From Podarcis tiliguerta (Eukaryota), in assembly GCA_965153285.1 (NCBI GenBank), contig OZ229117.1: 64,000 nt of DNA. The stretch is one strand, 5' to 3'. This document shows positions 14,136 to 24,822 of this stretch, piece by piece. Below the pieces are notes generated by a model, which saw only the letters and a list, made by a program, of their open reading frames with translations, searched no databases and was not told where the DNA came from. A program made the position numbers and the translations under genes. The first letter of the stretch is position 1, and the number at the start of each line of letters is the position of its first letter.

Positions 14136-17100
14136 AATGAAGTGTGAGAGAAGCACCCATGGGTGGCCTGAGACTTACCTAGTTAAGGCCCTGCGAGAGT
14201 CCAACTCTGCGGATGTGGCTGAGGCAGACACAGATGATGCGGGAGGCTGCAGTGCAGAGAATCGGTTCAAACTAGTGGCACTTGGTCGTAAGGAATCTGC
14301 AAGAGGATGTTGGGGAGAGTAACAGCTGCCTCAAGGGCTCCAGGAAACCCATCAGCCAGAGGCCCAGAAGCTCTTAAACCTAGCACAAGTTTAACTGTGT
14401 CAAGTGGATGCCTTGATGATCTCTCTCAACCTTCAGGGCAGAGGGGTTTTGCAGAGAGATGGGTCACCTACAGATACAAGAAACCCTTTAAAGCCTTAAC
14501 TGGCTTGGGTGTCTCCTAAGGACCAAATCCTTCCCTAGAAACCAAGCCTTATGAGGGACAGTTGAGGAAGTTGGGTATGTTTAGCCTGGAAGAGACTAAA
14601 TATCTGAAGGGCAGTCAAATGGAAGTTGGATTCAGCTTGTTTTCTGCTGGATCCGAAGGACAGGACCCAAACCAATGGATTCCAAATGACAAGAAAGGAG
14701 ATTCTGACTAAACACCAGGAAAAACCTCTGACAGTTAGAGCTGTTCGACAGTGGAACAGACTCCCTTGGGAGGTTCTGGACTCTCCTTCAGTGGAGGTTT
14801 CTAAGCAGAGGTTGGATGGCCATCTGTCATGGATGCTATGATAATTTGCTCTGATTTCTTGTTCCAGGCATTGATACTGAGTGAAACTCAGCAATCATCC
14901 AATCAGGGCAGAGTCTTTGCAGTAGAGACGTCAGCACTGTGGTGTGGACTCCCCAAAGATATTTGCCAAGCTCCCACACTGAGCTCTTTCCGGAGCCAAG
15001 CAAAAACCGGCTCTTTCAGGAGACTCTCTAGCTAACTTAATCATGCTATTCTTAGCTCTTCATCGGTTTCCGACTGTAGTACTATAGTGTGTTGTCTACA
15101 GACTGCTGCAGCACTACAGTCGGAAACCGATCAAGCGCTGGTTTGATCTACCAATTCAATTACTTTGGTGAACTATTTGAATGTTTAAGAAGCAGAAGAA
15201 GTAGAACATGGGAGTTATATCAGGCTAAGTCCTTCCCAAAGTAAATCCACTGAATTTAATGAACCTAAGATAGTTGTAACCATTTAACTTTAGTGGGTGT
15301 ACCAAGAGGAGGGCTAGCACTGAATATGGAGTTTGCACAGCCCATTCATAACAGGAAGTAGGCCAAGACTGGAAATTCCAAAAAAGGAGAAATGACAAGG
15401 AGATGTATTTGACGAGGAACAGCAACAGCCAGCACTTTTCAGGGTGCACAGAGCAAAATGCAGGGTGGGGGGGCCTCCACACTCACCAATCTCACTGGCC
15501 TTGGCTCCCCCACTGCTGCCTTTTCCCCAGCTGCCCAACTGGGCTTTAGGCACAAGCTGGATCTTCTCATCTATTGTGGGCTGAAAGACACACAGACAGG
15601 AGCACAAATCAGGGAGAGCCTGCTGGGGATTGGAACCGCCCCACCCAATCCTCTTTCACAGAAGGAAACAAATCCTCCCACCCTCTCTCCCACTTCCCAG
15701 TTCAAAACGCCTAGATGCACAGACAGACAAACAGCTTCTTTGGAGGGCAGGGCAGCAAGAAAAACCAAGATTCCCCAACCAGACACACTCCAGGCATTTT
15801 GAACTACAGTTCCCACTGGCACCAGCTACTGTAGGTGTATGAAGCTGGAGCCTGTGGGAACTGCAATCCAAAACGTCTGGGAGGGCACCACTTTCAGGAA
15901 GGCTGATGTTGAGGATTGGGAATGTGGAAGATGACCAACCAAAGGGGAGTTGGTCTCTCAGGATTCCTCTTAGAAAGAGACTCTTCCTCCATACAAACCT
16001 TGGTGATTTTAAGGAACTTGGTGGGGTCCAGCACACGGGTATTTTTCGCCCCCTGCACCGTGTTCCAGCCACCCTCCTCTACCCTCTGAACACCTGCAAA
16101 CAAAACAAACAAACAGGTTACTTTTTATAATCCCTGATATGGTAGCTAAAGTGGTCTGGGATGAGTTGTATGTGTAAAGCGAAGCTTGAGAGCCTATGGG
16201 AATAAGGCTGCTATGTTTCCTCTGCCGCATCTAGCTGAAGAGTGCATTTCAATTTGCATTTCTGCCTAAGCAATTGTGTGGCAGGTTTTTTAAAAAAAGT
16301 ATCTCTGCAGTTTCACCATTTGCCTATTCTGTGCAATGGTCCATGCACACGCTAGTAGAACAAATGGCTGGAGGTTGTTCCCCAATATGCTTAACAATGT
16401 ATATTGAGGCATATGGGCAGAAAGAGATATTCAACCTGGACAGGGCGCTCTATAATCTAGACACCGGAGGCAATTCTCATGACCTGCACCCTTGTTCCTC
16501 TCTCCTCCTGGTCAAGCATCAGGTGGGAACTCTGGGAACTTACCAGGCCTCCTCTTCTCTTTGGTCATTAGTTGCTGGACTTTCCGCTGCTCCTCCTGTT
16601 CTTCAATTTTTGCTTCTTTATGGATCTGCTCTATCGTCTTGGGGCCTTGATCTGCCCTCCGTGAGACCCAGTTACACTGTGGAAGACAGGAAAGAAAGGA
16701 CGGATGAGGCCTTCTTTCTCCCCTGCACACTGTGGGGTAGTTGTGGTTGATGCAGACAGAGGAAGCGGGATATTCTACCGAGGGGAAAACTGCTCGCAAG
16801 CTCCTTCCACAAGCGTGACACAAGTCGACTGTAAAACCACAGCAACCCCATGACAGAAGCCCATGATGCAGGAGACAGCAGCTCCACTGCCCATCATCAA
16901 AAGATGGTCTCTGGCAGCCCTTTAAAAAACCAAGAACTACCCCTCAAGGTAAGACTAAGAGCCAGGTGAGGGCAGTACCCCTTTTCTCTTGTGGACAATT
17001 ACTCATCTGCTTCCCTTGCTGGACACGTACCTGCCTGAGGTCTATGACATCTTGAAGCATGAATCGTATTCTGGAAGAGGTTTTCCTCTCTTTGACTATC

Positions 17101-20100
17101 TTTTCCATTTGATTGAAATACTGGTCCATTCGAGGCTAGAGGAAACACAGATGCTCTCACCATATTTCATAGGAACATGAAAAACTGCATTACAGTGGGG
17201 GGTGGGGATCCTTTCCAGCCTCTCCTGGGAAACCTTTCAGGGCCTGGAGCAATGAGGGTGACTCTTACCTTTGGACAGGGGCTAATCCCAGCCAGGCAAA
17301 AGTAAAGAGGTTTCTACGTAGAAATACATAAAAGTCACCCACCCGCCCCTGCACTTTCCAAGTGGCCTCACATTCCATCCACTCCTGGCGGGTATGAAGA
17401 AGGGCCAGTAAGGGGTATGGATCTAGCTTTTCTGAACAGTTAAGTTCTTTTCAGAACCAAAGAAGATGCATTTGGGTGTTCACTGTTCCCCGATGACACA
17501 AGGGGCAAAGCAACCCTACTGCCCCATCTTCTAGGGGAAAGCACGAGCGCCACTAAGCAGCCCACAGAAAAGGCTACAGCCACCAAGGGTCTTAGTGTGG
17601 GTGCCAGGTTCTTCTAACCTTGGCTTTCTCAAAGTCCAAGTCTTTGCCAATGGTAGTCAAGAGGCGGCAGAGGCACTCAAGGGACTCCTCGTCGTGGTTC
17701 TTCAGCAGCTTCACCACACAGTCGTGCATGATGGCCTCTGTCAGCATCTTCAGCTTGAAGAGCTCCCCAATGAACTTTATGTTGCCAATGGAGCGCCGCC
17801 GGGCCTTGTCCTTGGCTTCTTCCAGTTCATCGTGGAGCCGTGTCCTCTCCTCTGGCTGAGGGGCAGAGAAGGAAGGGGTGGTGAGAAAGGGCTGCCTGCC
17901 ACACCACAAGCCCATGGCCTCGCTTCCCAGGCCAGCAGCACCACAGGACTCCCATGTCTTGGGCTCCCTGCTCCTGGGAGCGCACAGAGGGTGCTCTGCA
18001 GACACTCACCGTTGTGGCAGCTTCCAGCTCCTTCTGCTTCTTCTCAAAGACATCGTCATCAGCTTTGTCCTTTTCAAATTCCTTCTGGCAACGATTCAGG
18101 AGTAGCTTCCGGAAGTTGACAAAGCTCCCGGGCTTATCCGCCATGGGCACCTTCAGCTGTGTGCAGCACGTGTCAAAAGGGCCAAGGAGGAGGACGGTGA
18201 GCACAAAAGAGGCAAAACAGGGCACTCTCATCACTTGCTGCATTCCATTCCTAACCAGCATTTTATCATTTTATTTATAAAAATATTTACGGGCCATTAT
18301 TCATAAAAACATATTAGAGCAAACAGACTGGCTCACAGCATTCATATTGAAAACAACACAGTAATATATACATATACATAATATATATATAAACTTTTAA
18401 TATCAAAGGTGAACTATTATGGAAAGGTACTATTATTATTTGCCTGCATGAGCCTGGTTCAGATAAGCATCTTCAGGACAACCTCCCCATAAACCCCTTT
18501 TCATTCTGGTGTCTAAAAGGCAGCAGATAACAGACCAGAGCAAACTCTTTGTCAATTCAGCCCAGTATTGTCTACCCTGAATGGCAGAGTATCTCCTGAG
18601 ACTCAGGCCAATAAGGTCCTTTTCAAATCATCCTTTTAACAGCAGATGGCAGGGATCAAATCTGGGCTTTCCTGCATGTTAAGAAGGAGCTCTGCCATTC
18701 CCCCGCTCTCACTGGGTATTCTCCTCTTCCAACTTCCCACACCACACTTACCGTGACGAGACACCTGCACATGTTTGCATAGGCCACAGAGAAGCTGGGT
18801 TCATCAATGGCTTTCTCGAACACAAGGTCGATGACGCCTTTCAACCTCTCTTCCGTGTCCACAGTTAGATCAGTCACTTGCTTCATCAGTTGATTGAACA
18901 TCTGTGGTGTCAACTTATTCAAGATGCTTCGGACCTTGCGGAATAGCTCCTGAAGGGAAAATGCAGGTGTTAAGGTGCAAAACTCAAATGAGGCCAAAGG
19001 CCTAGGAGAGCAACGGCCCAAGACAGCTGCTTTCAGTACCCAGGCATGGACGCTTCATTGCGCCGTATGCCCAAACCATCCCATGTCAGCTTGAACAGCT
19101 CCACCCATGTTCATAGCAACTCCAGGAGGAAAGGGGAAGACCGGCAGACAGGGAAGTTCAGACACAGCCAGGTTGAAACAACCAGACTCCAGAGCAGCAA
19201 AAGCTTTGTACAGTGGCAGATCAGAATGCAAATATATTCCACACAGGAAGTCTGTCCTTTGTGGGATCCCCCTTCTTTCCTCTCCCAAGGAAAGGCAGAA
19301 ACAGTCAAGTAGATAACACAGAGGAAATACACCTGCCAGAGAGGTAGTAGGTTGTCTGGTATCCTCACTTGTCCTTTTAAGCCAGGGAGGTCCAACATTT
19401 CATATCAAGTGGGCCGCAATCATATTTCAACAAGGAACCCGTGTGTTGGGGGGGGGGGAGGGGGAGGAGCGAGGCCAAAATTTGTGTGGCCTTCTCATAG
19501 CCGGGTGAGGCCCTCCCACCCCATTCCAAAGCAGGAAAGCACTAACCAGGCTTTGGGAATAAGGTGGCAGAACTCTAGGACCCTGTTAGAGAACACACCC
19601 CCAGCCCAGCACATCACTTGCTCAGCTTGGGAAGGCAGCACGAGGCCTGGAGAGGTGGGGGTGTCAAATGTTGCCATATGCGGCCTTTGGGCTGCACGTT
19701 GGACCACCCTGTTCTTAGCCATGCAAATAACGCTACAGCTACGGGTGGGTGTTAAAGTGGGGAGAAGGATCAGCCCAGCCAGCCTCACCTGGGTTTTGAT
19801 GCTCTCAGAGTCTTCCGCTTGCGTCTCACGCTTCAGACTCGGCTTCCAGGCATTCTCAGCTTTCTTCAGGTGTACATCCTCTTTGACACAAACCGTGATG
19901 ATCTTCCTGGGCTCCCGCCTCTGGCCTGGCTGAGATCTCCGCTGTCCAACGTTTAACAGCTAAGAGAAAAACCAGTCCCTTGAATGTTAAGTCCCTTTTA
20001 ACACAAAGAGGCTCAAACAACACATACAGTACGTCCAGCATCAAAGCAACCCTGCTCTGCCAACACTAGCATCTACTTGGGAATTTATGCAGGTGAATAT

Positions 20101-23100
20101 AGGAATGTAGCAAACTGCCTTATACAAAGTCCATCTTCAGGGTTTCAGACAGGGAAACTCTCTCAGCCCTACCTGGAGATGCCACTGAGGACTGAAGCAT
20201 GGAGTTACAGACCTTTCCCACAGAGAGAATATGAATCAAGACGGAATGCTGCCGGCAAGCAGTCCCTGCCACACAAAAAGCAGCCCCTCCTTTGCTACCT
20301 GAGGCTGAGCCTTCCTGACCATGCTTCACTGTGGCTGTGATAAACAACCCCAAGTTTTCAGGATACTGCACCTTCTGAGGTACAAGAGAACCAAACGTTT
20401 AAGAAGGGCAAGGTAGGAGGAGGAAGAAAGAGAAAGAGTGGGGCTTTTTTTGTTTTTTTTTAAAGGTGCTGGAGAACACACTTCCCCCTGCTGTCTGGCA
20501 AGTGAGCACAATAGCCCCAATCCTGCAACATGAGGTCCATATCCAAGCAAATAATCAGGACTTTGCCTGAGAGGCACACCAGAGTACACAGGCCAGTGTG
20601 ATCCAGATGCAGCTCCAACTGGCCCATGGTGCTGCTGAGGAGACAGTGCCAACAAGCCTAACTGGTGGGACAGAGCAGCGAACCACCAGCTCGCTCCTCC
20701 TGAGGTCTCACCATTCACACATGTTCTGCACCAATTAAGGCTAGCACGCAGGCACCAGCACCACATCAACTCCTTCGAGAATCCAGCCCTTGACATCCAA
20801 AATGCAGCAAGGAGCTTCTCTGTGTGCTTAAATTCTACACCAGCAGCTTGAGCTGTAGCACCTGCTACTGTAGGTCCCTTTCTACAAATCTTGGGGGAAG
20901 CAGTGATCATTATGGGATACCCTAACAGGCAGCAGGATACCTTGATTTTGGCACTTCAAAAAGTGTTTCATGGACATCCCCCAGCAGGAGTCTCTGCTCA
21001 ACACAGAGTAAAGCAAAATCATTTCCCAGTCCGGGCAGGAATAAGCAGCAAAGGAGCTGTACTAAGATCACAAACTTGTGAAGTTCACGATGCCGGCCAC
21101 ATCAGGTCTGACACAAGATCTTCGCTTCTGTCCCCCTGCCCCCCCCCATACCTCTCACTCCCAACCATCGCTCCCAACCTCTCATTCCCAAACACCACCT
21201 AAGAATGTTTAACATTTTGCAGTCAGACGTAAGGGCTGCCATTTCATGGTAGCCCTCAGCCAGCATTCACCTATCAGCACCACAATCAAGAACAATTCTA
21301 TCTCTGGCACCTTCTGTAACATAATGTCCCTTGTATTCTTTTCTAGTGTTAGAAAACTGAGCCACTGAGTTAGATTAAGGCCTTCCTCCTGGTGCATCTG
21401 GGGTGGCTTTTACAGCACAGCAGCTGGCTATTTTTCTTAAGCTATTTGTACCCATTTCTACTTCACCTCACCCAAGTCCTTTTTGAAAATAAGATGCATT
21501 TTTTAAAACCTGTTACCCGATTAACTGTGCCACCAGGTACCAAGGTTAGTGAAAAGCTGTTACTTTCCAAAATGCAGAAGGGGGGGAAAGCTGCCATTCA
21601 GCAAGGCTGAGATGGAGCATCCACGAGCTGCTAAATGCTCCAAGCCAAAAGAAAAACGAAGACAGGCCAAGCAGGACTTACCTGGTCTCCCCCTCTACAC
21701 AGGACTGCGAAGAGCAGCCCTAGGGCAGATCCAGCTCAGGCCAAAGTCCCAGTATGCCCTCTGCTGGTGCTGTCCCACCCACCACTGAAGAGACGGCAGC
21801 CTAGAGAAGAGTACAAGGCAAGGCTGGTGCCATTTCCATTACAGGCTTGTGCTCTGTGGGGTTGTTTGCTAGCTCCTCTGAAGACAGGAGGGCAGAGGAG
21901 AAGGCTTTGCAAAAAGACGCTCACAGTGAGGGAGGAAACTGGGGGCGGGGGCAGGATGGCTTACCCCTATGGTCAGGTTCCTCAGCTGTGGGTGAGATGA
22001 GACCAACAAAGGGCATGCTGGGGGCCCACACCGAGCAAGGGGCTGGAGTCCAGGTGGGGGCTGCACTTTGCAGGCCTGTAAAAAGAAAGAAAGGGGTGGG
22101 GGAGAGGAAGGTATTATCCACAGGCTGACACAGAAAGACCTGGCATGCCCAAGTAGGCGTCTGTTACAGCAGGTGGGCATCACAACTTCAGAAGGTTAGC
22201 TTAAATTTAACTCCAACCCTCCTACTTTTTGTCATTTCCCATTAAAAACCCATTTGCTGGATTGCTGTTCTGCAAGCCAAGAAGCAGATGCCACTTGCAA
22301 AGACCTTCTTTCACCTGACTCCCCATGATTATTTTAAGATTTCTCCTCTTCTTTTTCTTCTTCTTCCCCCCCCCGCCCCCGCCCCATATCGTCCCTGCTT
22401 GGCCTCCCCCTCCCCATTTCCAGGCCCCCACTATACAGAAACCAAAGGAGCTCAAGAAGCAGAACCTCAGCCGAATACTAAGCTGGTGGCCATGTTCCTG
22501 CCCACCTGTGTCAACAGAACCAATTGACTCCTTCAGAGGGGAAAACACTATTTTCCAGTCATATAGAGTCAAGGAAGCACAGGAGGAGCCTTACAGGTGA
22601 TAGAAAGACGCGAGAAGAAAGTAAGGGATGGGAAGGAAGACAGAATGAGGAAAGGCACAGACCAGCAGAGGGAGGAGGAAAGGGAAGAGGAGGAAGGAAA
22701 GAGAGAAAACGGAGAAAACGTGACTGCAGAAGAGCTCCCAAACTGGGAGCTGCTCCAGATTCTGGAGGGGAAAGGCAAAAGGTCATTTTTAACTGTGGAT
22801 GTAACTCTGACACTTACAGGTGTGCCCCGCCCTCCAGGGATTTGTCTTCCGAAATCTGCAAACGCTGGTGTGAAATCTGGACCCCGTGCCAATATCCGAG
22901 GATCCAAAGTTCGAAGAGGCAGTTTTGGCTGATTGATCTGTATTGGTAGAAAAATGTAAAGTTACGGGTAGCCATGCAGCAACCGTCTGCACAGACAGCA
23001 GCATTTGGTAGATACTCCCAAGTAGCCTCAAGAGCTACAGTTGAAAGCAAAAGGCACAGCCAATGACTCATCCTGCCCATCAAGATCCATTTCCCTTCTA

Positions 23101-24778
23101 ACTTGACCTCTGAGGGGGTGCCTGCTAAAGCTGAGCAAACTGAGGCATGGCACTTCAAGGCCATCTAACTACCCCACCACCAGAAAGCAAAGCTTCTTCA
23201 TGTCTGTTGACAGAGAGGCAGCTCAGGGGAAGGGAACTGGGGTTTTCCTGCTTCCTGAGGCTAGAAGAATGTTTTGGGGAAGATGAATACATATCATCTA
23301 GTTTTAAACCCAGTCCAGTGGCAGCATCTCCTCTTGTGCCTTATTAAATCGGAGCAGGTCTTCAAAATGTTGCAAAATCCAAGTTCTCAGTTTAAAACAT
23401 GCCTTTCTCTCGACCTTCAGCCGCCACCACAAACTCACTTCCTCTGCCTATATACTAGCCCCATACCTTGTCAAGGACCACATCGCTGATGGGCGGCAGC
23501 CCCTCCGGCTTCTGGATGCAGGCAGGCATGAACTGGAAGTCTAAGAGGAACTCCCGGTCGTACTGCTTCTTCCCTTCGGAGTCCAGGGGCTTCCACTGCT
23601 CTGTAATAACACCACCAGCCTCAGGTTGGGGCAATTCACTGCGCCATGTTTTCCCACCAAGGCCCCCTTGCTCCAATTAGAATTGTGGTCATGGGGGTCT
23701 TTCTCCTTTGCCTCACCCTGTCCCCATTTTGTGGGGAAGTCACGAAATGGTTGAGGGAATGAGTGCATGGCTCCATGGAAAAAGAATGTTGCACTGTGAT
23801 TGGGGAGGTCTGGCTTTGCATCCCTTTGGTCACAGGGAGCCTTGCTTGAGCCCTTTTTTGACTGAGGGACACCCCCCACCCAGGATCTCTTTGCACAGAA
23901 GAAAAAAAAGAGAAGGGTTTGAAGCTGAAGGGGAAGGAGCAGGAGCAGGACAGCACTGGGACATCCGTCCACAGGTTTTGTAGCTTTGTTCTAAAGAACC
24001 CTTGGGAAGCACAGTACAAGCAACAGTAGTGCATGCAGCAGAGGGACAGTTGTGCACTCTGCTCTGTGCAGATGCACCTGGAGGCTCAGGGAGCATAGGC
24101 TGCCCAAAGAGCTACAGGTGGTCACTTTTATCACACAGAGGGGCAATGCAGCAGAGATTTGCAGAGAAGATGGTAGTCTAGGTCCAGCAGATATTCTATA
24201 AAGAATTTATATGTTTCAGTCTTTCAAAGGGTCATTTTCAGGAATTGACCACCAATGAAGTGCTCTTTAAAGGGAGGCAAACATCTGGAGCCACAAGTCT
24301 GACATCCTGGAAACGAGAGCTCTGGCACCACATGAAAAATTAAAAGGCCTGGAAGGGAGTCGGGAGGCGTAAGTGCAGTGACGACTGCCAGCTAGGGCCC
24401 TGGAGGTGCCAGCGTGGGCTCCACCACGTGCCCTGCTGAATCCACACGGATTCAGAGTCAGAATCTCAGGGAACCAAGTAGCAAAGGCAGGTTTCCAGGC
24501 AGGAAAAGCACTGACATGGAGTGATGCCTTCCTCTCCAGAAATCTACTTCTGGAGAGGCCACCTCACATGGGGCTCACTCCACCTGCAGCTAGCTACTTC
24601 TTTCAAAATACTGGCAAGTCATAGCCAACTGTCCATTTCCGGCTCACGTGTACAAGAAATAAAGGCATGCCTGCCAACTGCATGAAGCAGCCCTTGAACT
24701 CCGGAGGTGGCCTGGAGATCTGACTCAAAGAATCACCCTGAGTCCAGAAGCTGACACCAAGCCCTCTGCTAGGAAGGT

Positions 24779-24822
<44 letters not shown>

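Noticed and set aside
9550-19780. Intronic snoRNA (the paralog EIF4G1 hosts SNORD66)
   Set aside because: No convincing C/D box pair with a terminal stem found by eye; an Infernal/Rfam scan would be needed to exclude one.
21720-21722. UAG-to-UIG editing rescuing the poison exon
   Set aside because: The exon is 119 nt, so the frameshift still stops at TAA early in the next exon.
21635-22000. Plus-strand ORF (121 aa) containing eIF4G3-like [17 protein letters not shown] as an antisense protein-coding gene
   Set aside because: The similarity is explained by the inverted copy of the cassette exon. The copy's first block is in another frame and hits TAG, and nothing else supports a + strand gene.
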